The notes beneath the pieces were generated by a model that was given only the letters and a program-made list of their open reading frames with translations, searched no databases and was not told where the DNA came from. A stretch of DNA of 36,146 nt from Gammaproteobacteria bacterium. Lineage in GTDB: Bacteria > Pseudomonadota > Gammaproteobacteria > Methylococcales > UBA2780. The stretch spans positions 1 to 36,146 of the forward strand of contig QNFJ01000003.1 of NCBI GenBank assembly GCA_003646305.1, given 5' to 3'. Below, in pieces: positions 8,721 through 18,699 of this stretch. Within the stretch, counting starts at the first letter, position 1. Each line of letters opens with the position of its first letter. The position numbers and the translations under genes were made by a program.

Positions 8721-9587
8721 ATGGACAGTCAAAAACAATATAAACCGGTCTTTAGTTTTGAATTTTTCCCACCAAAATCTGAAGAGGCAGCTGGAAAGTT
8801 GGCCATTGTGCGTGATCGCCTTGTTGAGCTAAATCCTCGCTTTTTTTCTGTCACGTTTGGGGCCGGTGGCTCAACGCAAGCAAAGACCTTTGAGACGGTG
8901 CTAGAGATTCAGAAGGAGACTTCTGTTCGTGCAGCGCCGCATCTTTCCTGTGTTGGCTCAACGCGCGAGAATATCCGTAGCCTCCTGAACCAATACAAAG
9001 AGAATGATATTAACCAGATCGTTGCGCTGCGAGGGGATATCCCGTCAGGAATGCGCGATGCGGGAGAGTTTTGTTACGCTAATGAACTGGTTGAGTTTAT
9101 CCGTGAGGAGACGGGCGATCATTTCCATATTGAGGTGGCGGCCTATCCAGAATTTCATCCACAAGCGGCTAATGCCACTGCGGATCTGCAGAACTTTAAG
9201 CGCAAAGTAGAAGCGGGTGCGGATAGCGCCATTACGCAGTATTTTTACAATGCAGATAGTTACTTTCAGTTTGTTGAAAGCTGTGAAAAGCTGGGATTAG
9301 ACTTACCGATCGTGCCGGGCATTATGCCGGTCACAAACTACACGCAACTCGCCCGTTTTTCTGATATGTGTGGTGCAGAACTACCACGCTGGATGCGTAA
9401 ACGGCTTGAGGCGTATGGAGATGATCGCGACTCAATTCGGGCATTTGGTCAGGAAGTGGTCACAAGGCTCTGCGAGCGACTGCTTGAGCAGGGAGCGCCT
9501 GGATTACACTTTTACACCATGAACCAATCTAAGCCGATCTTGGCAATTTGTGAGAACCTGGATTTGGGAGGAAGTGGCGATGAGTGA
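8721..9587 (+). CDS. metF: Methylenetetrahydrofolate reductase
   Basis: FSFEFFPPK, SVTFGAGGS, VALRGD, AITQYFY, GLHFYTMN. Confidence 0.97.
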   Translation: MDSQKQYKPVFSFEFFPPKSEEAAGKLAIVRDRLVELNPRFFSVTFGAGGSTQAKTFETVLEIQKETSVRAAPHLSCVGSTRENIRSLLNQYKENDINQIVALRGDIPSGMRDAGEFCYANELVEFIREETGDHFHIEVAAYPEFHPQAANATADLQNFKRKVEAGADSAITQYFYNADSYFQFVESCEKLGLDLPIVPGIMPVTNYTQLARFSDMCGAELPRWMRKRLEAYGDDRDSIRAFGQEVVTRLCERLLEQGAPGLHFYTMNQSKPILAICENLDLGGSGDE

Positions 9588-9879
9588 TGTGAGCTGTTTT
9601 ATCTACAAAACTGAAAAATGGGATGGGATGTACCTGTACGTCCTGGGAGAAGATGATTTCTCGGAAGTTTCAGAAGAAATCATGAAGAAATTCCCTCACC
9701 CAGAATTTGTTTTTGAACTCTCGCTTTCAGCCGATCGACCGCTGGCACGTGAGAATGTGGTGAAGGTGCTTGAAAATTTGAAAATACTCGGTTTTCATCT
9801 GCAAATGCCACCGAGTACTAAAGAAGTTATTCGCACCTTTCCAACACGTGATGAGCTGGATACTTTAAAAGAAGACTGA
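9580..9879 (+). CDS. YcgL domain protein
   Basis: CFIYK...MYLYV...DFS.V...L.GFHLQMPP pattern. ATG overlaps the metF end. Confidence 0.85.
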   Translation: MSDVSCFIYKTEKWDGMYLYVLGEDDFSEVSEEIMKKFPHPEFVFELSLSADRPLARENVVKVLENLKILGFHLQMPPSTKEVIRTFPTRDELDTLKED

Positions 9880-9977
9880 TCTTCTTGGTTAGGGCATCTA
9901 GGTCTGAGAATGCCTTAAGCCCCTCCCTGCATTCATGGTATTCTCGCGACAACCATCACAACTCTCTTTTTCCCGAT

Positions 9978-10112
9978 ATGAGCTCAAATAAATTCCTGAT
10001 TGAGCGTGATCTTGCCGTTCTCTGGCGTCACTGTACGCAAATGAAAGGCCATGAGTGGTCAGTATTAATGGCATCAGGCTCGAGAGATCGCGGGACACAG
10101 TGCGCTAGTTAA
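9978..10112 (+). pseudogene. bioA: N-terminal remnant of bioA (DAPA aminotransferase)
   Basis: MSSNKFLIERDLAVLWRHCTQMKGHE resembles the BioA N-terminus (RDL.VLWHPCTQMKDHE). Homology is lost after about 26 codons. It sits where bioA often precedes rsmE. Confidence 0.8.
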
Positions 10113-10113
10113 T

Positions 10114-10842
10114 ATGCGAATCAGTCGACTGTTCTTGCGAGAGGAGCTTAAAACAAACCTGTTCATTACGTTGAATAATGACTCGGCTCATTATCTGCGT
10201 TCTGTTTTGAGACTTAAAGCGGGTTCAGAAATCAGAGTTTTTAACGGCTCAGGTGGTGAGTTTGCAGCTTCTTTGATGGACGTCTCTCGCAAAGTGGTTG
10301 TAGTCAAGATTGGTGAATGGTTCGATAAAAAAAGTGAGCCAAAATTAAATATCACACTTGGGCTGGCAATCAGTCGTGGTGAGCGAATGGATATCGCTAT
10401 ACAGAAGGCGGTGGAATTAGGTGTTTCATCAATTATCCCGATTATCACCGAGTATTGTGCTGTTTCGGTGCGGAATGAACGAATGGTAAAAAAAGAGAGC
10501 CATTGGCAGAAGATAGCGCAGGGGGCCAGTGAACAAAGTGGTAGAACGGTTGTCCCTGATGTGGGTGAGATTGTTCGAATGGATCAATGGTTGGAGAACA
10601 AAGAGGAAGCGCTCAAGCTTTTTCTTGATCCCCGTGCAAAGCAATCCTTACAGCAGGCCGAACTAGTCGAGCAGACAATTATCCTGTTATCTGGTCCAGA
10701 AGGGGGGTTTAGTGAAAGCGAGCAGCGTAAGGCTGTTCAGGCCGGTTATCAATCGGTAACATTGGGGCCACGTATTTTGCGGGCAGAAACAGCTTGCATC
10801 GCTGCAATAACGGCAGTCCAGTTGTTATGGGGCGATTTGTAA
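10114..10842 (+). CDS. rsmE: 16S rRNA m3U1498 methyltransferase
   Basis: HYLRSVLRL, QKAVELGV, ASEQSGR, GPEGGFS, LGPRILRAETA. Confidence 0.96.
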   Translation: MRISRLFLREELKTNLFITLNNDSAHYLRSVLRLKAGSEIRVFNGSGGEFAASLMDVSRKVVVVKIGEWFDKKSEPKLNITLGLAISRGERMDIAIQKAVELGVSSIIPIITEYCAVSVRNERMVKKESHWQKIAQGASEQSGRTVVPDVGEIVRMDQWLENKEEALKLFLDPRAKQSLQQAELVEQTIILLSGPEGGFSESEQRKAVQAGYQSVTLGPRILRAETACIAAITAVQLLWGDL

Positions 10843-10877
10843 ACAGGGTCTAATCAAAGGGCCTAAAAGGAGAGAGT

Positions 10878-11828
10878 TTGACTATTAAACTTGGCATTGT
10901 GATGGACCCGATTGAGGGCATCAAAATTAATAAAGAGAGTAGCTTTGCCATGTTGCTAGAGGCACAGTCGCGTGGTTGGGAGCTTTACTACATGGAGATG
11001 CGCGACCTTTATTTGCGAGATGGCCGAAGCGGTGCCCGAATGAGGCGGCTTGAAGTTGAGCGAAACGAGAAAGAGTGGTTCCGCTTTACCGATGAGAAAG
11101 ACTGGCCGCTGGATGAGCTGGATGTCATCTTAATGCGCAAAGACCCGCCGTTTGATCCGGAATATATTTACGCGACCTACCTGCTGGAGCGAGCAGAAGA
11201 GAAAGGGGTTTTGGTTGTTAATAAACCGCAATCGTTGCGTGATGCCAATGAGAAGCTATTTACCGCCTGGTTTACGCAGTGTTGTGCGCCAACGCTTGTT
11301 GCTCGCGATTCAAATCGAATACGGGGTTTTTTAAAGGAGCAGGGAGAGATTATTCTTAAACCTCTGGATGGTATGGGGGGAACCTCTATCTTTAAATTGA
11401 AAGAGGGTGACGTGAATCTAAGTGTTGTGCTGGAAATTATGACTCAACATAATAGCCAGTTCGTGATGGCACAGCGCTACCTTCCTGAGATAATTGATGG
11501 GGATAAGCGTATTTTGCTGATTAATGGAGAGCCTGTTCCCTATGCTTTAGCCCGTATTCCGGCTAAAGGAGAAAGCCGCGGGAACCTCGCTGCTGGTGGA
11601 CGAGGGGAGGGGCGTGAGTTGACCGAGAGAGATCTCTGGATTTGTAGCCAGGTTGGACCCGTTTTGAAAGAGAAAGGGTTGGTTTTTGTCGGTCTGGATG
11701 TGATTGGTGATTACCTGACCGAAATTAATGTGACGAGTCCAACTTGCATTCAAGAGCTGGATCGTCAATATGGCCTGAATATTAGCGGGCTTTTGATGGA
11801 TCAGATCGAGCAGAAAATTTCCCAATAA
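10878..11828 (+). CDS. gshB: Glutathione synthetase
   Basis: GIVMDPI, MRKDPPFD, KPLDGMGG, RGNLAAGG, EINVTSPT. TTG start after AGGAG. Confidence 0.97.
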   Translation: MTIKLGIVMDPIEGIKINKESSFAMLLEAQSRGWELYYMEMRDLYLRDGRSGARMRRLEVERNEKEWFRFTDEKDWPLDELDVILMRKDPPFDPEYIYATYLLERAEEKGVLVVNKPQSLRDANEKLFTAWFTQCCAPTLVARDSNRIRGFLKEQGEIILKPLDGMGGTSIFKLKEGDVNLSVVLEIMTQHNSQFVMAQRYLPEIIDGDKRILLINGEPVPYALARIPAKGESRGNLAAGGRGEGRELTERDLWICSQVGPVLKEKGLVFVGLDVIGDYLTEINVTSPTCIQELDRQYGLNISGLLMDQIEQKISQ

Positions 11829-11864
11829 GTAGAAGTTGGACAGAGAAAAGGTGAAGAGCGGACA

Positions 11865-12713
11865 GTGCGTAGAGCATTAACAGTTACATCGGCGGATAGA
11901 TTGGTTTCAACGCTATTCTTAGCGGGTATCGTGCATGCATTAGTTATTTTAGGCATTACTTTTGATCTGCCAAAGCCTGGCCAGGCAAGTAAATCGCTTG
12001 AAATTGTTCTGGTTCGTCAGAGTAGCGATAGAGTCCCGGATAAGGCGGACTTTTTAGCGCAGGCAAACAGCCTGGGCAGTGGTGAAAGCCTGGAAAAGAA
12101 AAAAATTGAGGAGAGGGGGAGGCCTCAACAGATTGCCAGGAATAGTGGGCAACAGGCGATTGAAATGGAAAAACAATCCTCACAGAGCAGCCAGAAAAAA
12201 GTGTTAGTACAGCAGAAGTCGACAAAGAAAATAAGTACCGCGGATAAAGAGAAAAAAGAAGATAAGCCCCGCAAAATTTCTGCCGAAAGCCTCGCCATGC
12301 AGATTTCGGAGTTAAGTAAAGAGTTGAATATGGCGGAGCAGAATTATGCGAAGCGACCCCGTATTAAATTTATAAATTCGATGAGTGCAAAAAGCTATAT
12401 CTTTGCGCAATATGAGGCAGAATGGCAACGGAAGATTGAGCGGATAGGCAACCTTAATTATCCCGATGAGGCAAGGCGCAAAAGATTGGCTGGGCGACTG
12501 CTACTGGTTGTCTTGATTAATAGCGATGGATCATTGGAGAAGGTTGAACTAAGAAGTTCTTCTGGACATAAGATTCTGGATGATGCAGCCATTAGAATTG
12601 TTCAGCTTGCCGCACCTTTTGCTGTATTTCCGGCTGAAATAAGCAAAGAATATGATCAATTGGCAATCACCAGAACATGGCGTTTTGCCAGCGATAAGGT
12701 CTCTACAAAGTAA
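11865..12713 (+). CDS. TonB-family protein (gshB-linked)
   Basis: N-terminal TM with His (GIVHAL), KIERIGNLNYPDEARR, SSG..ILDDAA..IV..AAPF. Conserved position between gshB and algH. Confidence 0.85.
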   Translation: MRRALTVTSADRLVSTLFLAGIVHALVILGITFDLPKPGQASKSLEIVLVRQSSDRVPDKADFLAQANSLGSGESLEKKKIEERGRPQQIARNSGQQAIEMEKQSSQSSQKKVLVQQKSTKKISTADKEKKEDKPRKISAESLAMQISELSKELNMAEQNYAKRPRIKFINSMSAKSYIFAQYEAEWQRKIERIGNLNYPDEARRKRLAGRLLLVVLINSDGSLEKVELRSSSGHKILDDAAIRIVQLAAPFAVFPAEISKEYDQLAITRTWRFASDKVSTK

Positions 12714-13276
12714 TGAAAAAAAACGATAGCTTAGCTAACCATTTTTTAATAGCAATGCCGGCCCTGAAGGACCCCAATTTCTTTCACACGGTAACCTATA
12801 TTTGCCAGCATAATCACGAAGGTGCGCTGGGGGTCATTATTAACCGCCCTGCTGAAATGGCGCTTAATGAAATTTTTGAGCAGATGGATATCGCGCCAAA
12901 AACAAAAGCTGTTGGAGATTATCCAGTCTGCTTCGGTGGCCCTGTTCAAATGGAGCGAGGGTTTATCTTGCACCGCTCGGGGAGTGAGTGGAAGTCAACA
13001 TTGCCAGTGACGGAGACAGTTTCATTGACAACCTCCCGTGATCTATTGGAAGCGATGGCGGTTGGTGAGGGGCCAGAGTCGCCTCTTATCACTTTAGGGT
13101 ATGCCGGTTGGGCTGCAGGGCAGCTTGAAGAGGAGATTCTTGATAATGCCTGGTTGAGTGTTCCGGCCAGTGAGTCAGTCCTTTTCGACCTGCCTTTTAA
13201 AGATCGCTGGAAGGCTGCGGCAGGAGGCTTGGGTATTGACCTTGATCTTCTTTCGTCTGAAGCGGGACATGCTTGA
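12713..13276 (+). CDS. yqgE: YqgE/AlgH family protein
   Basis: HFLIAMP..DPNF, GGPV, LGYAGW..GQLE.E...NAWL, C-terminal AGHA. Confidence 0.95.
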   Translation: MKKNDSLANHFLIAMPALKDPNFFHTVTYICQHNHEGALGVIINRPAEMALNEIFEQMDIAPKTKAVGDYPVCFGGPVQMERGFILHRSGSEWKSTLPVTETVSLTTSRDLLEAMAVGEGPESPLITLGYAGWAAGQLEEEILDNAWLSVPASESVLFDLPFKDRWKAAAGGLGIDLDLLSSEAGHA

Positions 13277-13310
13277 TCTCGAGTAAAAATCGGGTTAGCT
13301 GAGGGCTTCT

Positions 13311-13757
13311 ATGTCGCTGGATTCACTATTATCTCAAACAGACGACAACGGCTACCTTGGTTTTGATTTTGGGACAAAAAAGATTGGTGTCGCTGTGGGT
13401 CAAACGGTAACGGGGATGGCGAGCCCGTTGGAGACAATTCCGGCGGTTAATCAGAAGCCAAACTGGGAAGCGATAAGTCGATTGGTTAAAGAGTGGCGTC
13501 CTGCTGGCTTTGTTGTGGGGATATCCTATCAGGAGGATGGCAGTAAGAACCCTGTGACAGATAAAATTTTAAAATTCTGCCGGCAACTGGAAGGGCGCTA
13601 TAATCTTCCCGTTCATACGATGGATGAAGCACTGACAACCTATGAATCTAAACAACTGTTGTTTGACGAGCTTAAAGTGAATGCGACAAAATTATGGAAG
13701 GTGCAGGATCAACTTGCGGCAACATTAATTTTGCAGAGTTGGTTGAATCAGGAATAA
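13311..13757 (+). CDS. yqgF: YqgF/RuvX pre-16S rRNA nuclease
   Basis: LGFDFGTKKIGVAVG, DE.LTT, D..AA..IL..W. Confidence 0.93.
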   Translation: MSLDSLLSQTDDNGYLGFDFGTKKIGVAVGQTVTGMASPLETIPAVNQKPNWEAISRLVKEWRPAGFVVGISYQEDGSKNPVTDKILKFCRQLEGRYNLPVHTMDEALTTYESKQLLFDELKVNATKLWKVQDQLAATLILQSWLNQE

Positions 13758-13767
13758 GAAGGTAAAA

Positions 13768-14280
13768 ATGAGTAATAATCTGGATATTCAGCAGCTTTTG
13801 AACCATCTTGAGTCGGGCCTCAGAGATGTCATCTCAGAGAGAAGAATAGCAAAGCCTCTGATGATCGGTATTCATACTGGGGGTGGCTGGGTTGCAGAGG
13901 TTCTGCATAAAAGGTTGGAGTTAGAAGAGCCACTTGGGCTATTGAATATCTCATTTTACCGAGATGATTTCTCGCAAATAGGTATGCACCCGCAGGTTGC
14001 GCCAAGTAGCCTCCCTGTTGCAGTAGAGGGAAGAGATATTCTCTTGATAGATGATGTTCTGTTTACCGGACGAACAATCCGTGCGGCGCTGAATGAAATT
14101 TTCGATTATGGTCGGCCAAATCAGGTCGCTTTAGGAGTTTTGCTTGATCGTGGGGAACGCCAGCTCCCCTTTCAGCCAGACGCTGTCGGTGGGCGAGTGG
14201 CGCTATCATCCGGGGAGCAGATTAAGCTATCGGGACCAGAACCGCTGGCGCTTTCCATTAATTTGCAGGAGAGCCGATGA
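13768..14280 (+). CDS. pyrR: PyrR / uracil phosphoribosyltransferase-like regulator
   Basis: [31 protein letters not shown]. Confidence 0.93.
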   Translation: MSNNLDIQQLLNHLESGLRDVISERRIAKPLMIGIHTGGGWVAEVLHKRLELEEPLGLLNISFYRDDFSQIGMHPQVAPSSLPVAVEGRDILLIDDVLFTGRTIRAALNEIFDYGRPNQVALGVLLDRGERQLPFQPDAVGGRVALSSGEQIKLSGPEPLALSINLQESR

Positions 14281-15284
14281 ACGTTGGGACATTAACGGTT
14301 TTTCCTGAACCTGGTGGGCAGGGAACTCCCGCAGATTTACAGCTTAACTCAGTTGGAAAGCTGAAGCACTTTCTCTCTATTGAAGGGCTAAGTCGGCAGC
14401 TGTTGACGGAAATCATGGACAGAGCAGAATCTTTCTCCAGCGTTGCCGAGCAGCAGGTTAAGAAGGTTCCTCTGCTTAGAGGAAAAACAATCGTTAACCT
14501 CTTTTTTGAAAATAGCACACGAACTCGGACGACTTTTGAGCTAGCTGCCAAGCGGCTTTCGGCGGACGTTTTGAATATCAATATTGCCACCTCGGCGACC
14601 TCGAAAGGCGAAAGTTTGCTGGATACAATCCGCAATCTTGAGGCGATGCACGTTGATATGTTTGTTGTCAGGCATGCAATGAGTGGTGCTGCGCACTTTA
14701 TCGCTGAACAGGCAGCTTCTCATATCAGCGTGATTAATGCTGGGGATGGGCGGCACTCACACCCTACGCAGGCGATGCTGGATATGTTCACGATTCGGAG
14801 AATGAAGGGTGATTTTAGCCAGTTGAAGGTAGCTATTGTCGGAGATGTTCGATATTCGCGAGTTGCCAGAGCGCAGGTTCATGCTTTGAATATTCTAGGG
14901 GTGGAAGAGGTGCGATTAGTCGCCCCGGCCACGTTGCTTCCGGACGAGATAGAATCGTTAGGGGTTACGGTTTGTCATGACATGCATGAAGGGCTTGCCG
15001 ATATTGATGTTGTCATTATGCTGAGATTGCAACGTGAGCGAATGAAAGGCGCATTGTTACCCAGTGCGCATGAATACTATAACTTCTATGGGCTGACCGA
15101 GGCACGTTTATCACAGGCAAAAAGTGATGTGATTGTGATGCATCCGGGGCCGATTAATCGTGGGGTTGAGATTGACTCAGCGGTTGCTGATGGTGACAGG
15201 TCGGTTATCTTGCAGCAGGTTACACATGGGATTGCGATTCGAATGGCTGTGATGTCGATGGCAATGCAGCGAGGTGAAGGCTGA
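14277..15284 (+). CDS. pyrB: Aspartate carbamoyltransferase catalytic subunit
   Basis: [30 protein letters not shown]. Confidence 0.97.
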   Translation: MNVGTLTVFPEPGGQGTPADLQLNSVGKLKHFLSIEGLSRQLLTEIMDRAESFSSVAEQQVKKVPLLRGKTIVNLFFENSTRTRTTFELAAKRLSADVLNINIATSATSKGESLLDTIRNLEAMHVDMFVVRHAMSGAAHFIAEQAASHISVINAGDGRHSHPTQAMLDMFTIRRMKGDFSQLKVAIVGDVRYSRVARAQVHALNILGVEEVRLVAPATLLPDEIESLGVTVCHDMHEGLADIDVVIMLRLQRERMKGALLPSAHEYYNFYGLTEARLSQAKSDVIVMHPGPINRGVEIDSAVADGDRSVILQQVTHGIAIRMAVMSMAMQRGEG

Positions 15285-16570
15285 TGGGCATGAGCATAAT
15301 GATCGAGAACGGGAGAGTTATTGATCCGGCTAATCAAGTTGATGTCGAAGCTTCACTTTATGTTGCCGATGGGAAAGTGCTTTCGCTTGGTACGAAGCCT
15401 GAAGGTTTTGTAGCAGATCGCACGATTGATGCGAGTGGACAGGTCGTATGTCCTGGTTTTGTCGATTTGTGCACCCGTCTGCGCGAGCCTGGTTTGGAAC
15501 ATAAAGGAACTATCGCGAGTGAAACGAAGGCGGCAGTTAGCGCCGGCTTCACAACACTTTGTTGCCCACCTGATACCGACCCTGTCATTGATACACCAGC
15601 CGTTGCGAACTTGATTCAGGAGCGGGCTCAATTGGCTGGGAGCTGCTGTCTGTTGCCAATAGGTGCTTTAACGAAAAATCTCGAAGGAGATAGTTTAAGC
15701 GAAATGGGTGCGTTGCAGGCGGCGGGTTGTCTTGCTGTTAGTAATGCCGGCTCTGCTATCAAAAGCACACTGATTTTGAGAAGAGCAATGGAATACGCCG
15801 CAACGTATGACTTGCTGGTCATTATTCGCCCGGAAGATCAAGGATTAAGTGCAGGAGGCTTCGTTCACGAAGGTGCCGTCAGCGCCAGATTGGGATTGCC
15901 TGGTATTCCTGATATAGCCGAAACAACAGCTGTTGCACAGGCACTAGAGCTAATCCGGCATACAGGCGTCAGAGCGCATTTTGGGCAGCTGTCGAGCGTA
16001 AAAGCAGCGAGAATGATAGGAAGAGCGCGACATGAAGGGGTGCCGGTTAGCGCAGATGTCAGTGCACACCAGCTTTTTCTAAGCGAACTCGATATTAGTG
16101 GCTACAACGCGCAGTGCCATGTTAGACCGCCGTTAAGAGCTGAAAGTGACCGAGAAGGCTTAAGGTTGGCGGTCGCCGAGGGTGTGATCGGTGCAATATG
16201 CTCCGATCACCAACCGCATGAGTCAGATGCTAAACTGGATCTGTTTCAGTCCACAGAGCCCGGAATTGCAGGGCTAGAAACTGTTTTACCATTACTTTTA
16301 AAACTGGTTGATGATGGGGTTCTTGAGTTGAATGATGCCATCGCCAGATTAACCGCTGGGCCGGCCGATATTCTGGGGTTTGAATGCGGGCAATTAAAAG
16401 AGGGCTCTCCCGCTGATGTGACAATTTTTGATCCTCAAAAGCAGTGGCAGGTTGGGGATGAAAACTGGTTAAGTGCAGGACGGAATAACCCATTCAATGG
16501 GCAAATCGCTACAGGTCAGGTGACGTTGACTCTGCAATCAGGTCGCGTTGTTTTTGACCGAAACAGCTAA
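15284..16570 (+). CDS. pyrC: Dihydroorotase-like protein, probably inactive PyrC' (ATCase structural subunit)
   Basis: Amidohydrolase fold (PGFVDL..RLREPG, SDHQPH), but the HxH metal motif reads CTR. Confidence 0.85.
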   Translation: MGMSIMIENGRVIDPANQVDVEASLYVADGKVLSLGTKPEGFVADRTIDASGQVVCPGFVDLCTRLREPGLEHKGTIASETKAAVSAGFTTLCCPPDTDPVIDTPAVANLIQERAQLAGSCCLLPIGALTKNLEGDSLSEMGALQAAGCLAVSNAGSAIKSTLILRRAMEYAATYDLLVIIRPEDQGLSAGGFVHEGAVSARLGLPGIPDIAETTAVAQALELIRHTGVRAHFGQLSSVKAARMIGRARHEGVPVSADVSAHQLFLSELDISGYNAQCHVRPPLRAESDREGLRLAVAEGVIGAICSDHQPHESDAKLDLFQSTEPGIAGLETVLPLLLKLVDDGVLELNDAIARLTAGPADILGFECGQLKEGSPADVTIFDPQKQWQVGDENWLSAGRNNPFNGQIATGQVTLTLQSGRVVFDRNS

Positions 16571-16627
16571 CTTCTTTAAAGAATGAACGCCACTCCAATG
16601 AGCTGGCTGCCAAATAGATAAAATCAA

Positions 16628-17500
16628 ATGAATCGACAAGAAAATAGCATCTTTGTGGAAGAGGCGCGGATTACGGCCCGCCAGACTTTTGCTGGGGGGC
16701 AGCATACTATGCGTTTGGCCGCGCCTAAGTGTGCAGCTAAGGCAGAGCCGGGTTCTTTTATTCATCTCCGCTGTGAAGAGCTGCTGGCAATGCGCAGGCC
16801 AATCTCCATTATGCGAGCAAACAGCGATGAAGGCTGGATAGAGATTCTATTTAAAGAGTTGGGAAAGGGAACCAGGTTGCTTGCTCAGCGGCAGGTGGGC
16901 GAGTCTCTCAGTTTAATGGGGCCTATTGGCAATCCGTTTGTTCTCTCTGAAAAGCGCAAACGACCACTGCTAATTGGAGGAGGTGTTGGTATTCCTCCGA
17001 TGGTCTATTTGGCTGAATCTATTTACACCGGCAAGTTTAGTTTTCAACCGCTGGTGCTGATGGGTTCAGAGATCCCTTTTCCTTTTGAGGTTACACAGTC
17101 AAAACTAGCTGTTTCAGGGGTTGATAAGAGCTGTTCTGCGACGATGCCACTTTTGGAGGAGTGGGACATTCCAGCCCGTTTGGCGAGTAATGCCGGTTTC
17201 GATGGTTGCTTTGAAGGATTTATAACCGATCTTGCCCGTTGCTATTTACGTTCACTTTCTCCATCTGAGCAGCAAGAGGTAGAGCTCTTTAGTTGTGGGC
17301 CTCATCCTATGTTATCGGCGGTTGCGGCTTTGGCAAAAGAATTTGACCTGCCTTGCCAGCTTTCACTGGAAGAGTATATGGCTTGTGCTGTCGGTGGTTG
17401 CGCAGGCTGCGTTGTTAAAGTGAAAACCGCAGAAGGTGAGGTGATGAAGCGTGTCTGTGTCGATGGGCCGGTCTTTAGGGCAGAAGAACTTTCTTTCTAA
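16628..17500 (+). CDS. pyrK: Dihydroorotate dehydrogenase electron-transfer subunit (PyrK-like)
   Basis: RRPISI FAD motif, GGGVGIPP, SCGP..M, [2Fe-2S] motif MACAVGGCAGC...RVCVDGPVF. Confidence 0.88.
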   Translation: MNRQENSIFVEEARITARQTFAGGQHTMRLAAPKCAAKAEPGSFIHLRCEELLAMRRPISIMRANSDEGWIEILFKELGKGTRLLAQRQVGESLSLMGPIGNPFVLSEKRKRPLLIGGGVGIPPMVYLAESIYTGKFSFQPLVLMGSEIPFPFEVTQSKLAVSGVDKSCSATMPLLEEWDIPARLASNAGFDGCFEGFITDLARCYLRSLSPSEQQEVELFSCGPHPMLSAVAALAKEFDLPCQLSLEEYMACAVGGCAGCVVKVKTAEGEVMKRVCVDGPVFRAEELSF

Positions 17501-17526
17501 TCAGTACGATTATTGAGTGGGTTAAA

Positions 17527-17557
17527 AGCGGAAGGAGGCGATAGCCCCACTTCCGCT
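17527..17557. terminator. Hairpin between convergent pyrK and pilU
   Basis: AGCGGAAG...CTTCCGCT stem, followed by TTT on the minus strand. Confidence 0.55.
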
Positions 17558-17568
17558 GAAGGGTCTGT

Positions 17569-18687
17569 TTAGTCCTTTTCGACGATAAGTATTTCATCAT
17601 CAGGGCTAAATTTATTGATGCCCCCTTCTCCGCCAAGTTTGATCATCAGGCGAACTTCGTTGGTTGAATCTGCGTGTGCGAGTGCATCTTCGTAGCTGAT
17701 TTTACCCTCGGTATAAAGGTCATAGAGAGCCTGGTCGAAGGTTTGCATACCCTGTTCACGAGAGCGTTTCATTAGTTCTTTCAACTTATGTATTTCGCCT
17801 TTATGAATCAGATCGGACGCAAGTGGTGTGTTGAGCAGTATTTCGACGGCCGGGTGGCGCCCTTTCCCGTCAGCAGTTTTAATTAGCTGCTGGGCGACAA
17901 TCCCCTTCAGGTTAAGAGACAGATCCATAAAGAGTTGGCTGCGACGGTCATCAGGAAAGAAGTTGATGATCCTGTCGAGTGCCTGATTGGCATTATTGGC
18001 GTGTAACGTAGTAAGACAAAGGTGCCCTGTTTCTGCAAAAGCGATGGCGTGCTCCATGGTTTCTCTGGTACGAACCTCACCAATTAGAATCACATCAGGG
18101 GCTTGTCTCAAGGTGTTTTTAAGCGCAATGCCGTAAGACTCAGTGTCGAGACCCACTTCCCGTTGAGTAATAATGCAACCTTCATGGTTATGAATATACT
18201 CAATTGGATCTTCGATGGTGATGATATGGCCACTACTATTTTGATTGCGATATTTTAGCATCGATGCCAAAGAGGTCGATTTACCGGTTCCGGTTGCACC
18301 GACAAAGATAATAAGCCCTCTTTTTTGTAGTGCTAGATCTTTCAGAATAGGTGGAAGATGGAGCGATTCTATTGAGGGGATCTCTGATTCGATGCGGCGT
18401 AACACCATGCCAGCAGCATCACGCTGAATAAATGCGCTGACGCGAAATCGGCCAATTCCGTGCTCACTGATGGCGAAATTACACTCCTTTGTATTATCAA
18501 ACTCCTCTCTTTGGCGGTTACTCATAATGCTGGTAACCACCTCGTAGGCTTGCTCCATGGTCAGGCGCGTTTTAGAGATGGGCTGCATCGAGCCGTTAAC
18601 CTTTATGGCGGGAGGCCAGCCGGTGGTGATAAATAGATCTGATGCTTTTTTATGCGCCATCAGTTGCAGCAGTGATTTAAAATCCAT
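17569..18687 (-). CDS. pilU: Type IV pilus retraction ATPase PilU
   Basis: GATGTGKST, TIEDPIE, LRQAPD, GMQTFDQ. Follows pilT. Confidence 0.95.
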   Translation of the reverse strand: MDFKSLLQLMAHKKASDLFITTGWPPAIKVNGSMQPISKTRLTMEQAYEVVTSIMSNRQREEFDNTKECNFAISEHGIGRFRVSAFIQRDAAGMVLRRIESEIPSIESLHLPPILKDLALQKRGLIIFVGATGTGKSTSLASMLKYRNQNSSGHIITIEDPIEYIHNHEGCIITQREVGLDTESYGIALKNTLRQAPDVILIGEVRTRETMEHAIAFAETGHLCLTTLHANNANQALDRIINFFPDDRRSQLFMDLSLNLKGIVAQQLIKTADGKGRHPAVEILLNTPLASDLIHKGEIHKLKELMKRSREQGMQTFDQALYDLYTEGKISYEDALAHADSTNEVRLMIKLGGEGGINKFSPDDEILIVEKD

Positions 18688-18699
18688 TTGGTTCCCCCG

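Noticed and set aside
9885-10112. 75-aa ORF as a novel small protein
   Set aside because: Better explained as a bioA remnant starting at 9978 with a chance upstream extension.
13758-14280. PyrR-binding attenuator RNA for the pyr genes
   Set aside because: No intergenic space (10-nt gap, overlapping genes) and no AGUCCAGAGAGGCU-like loop was seen.
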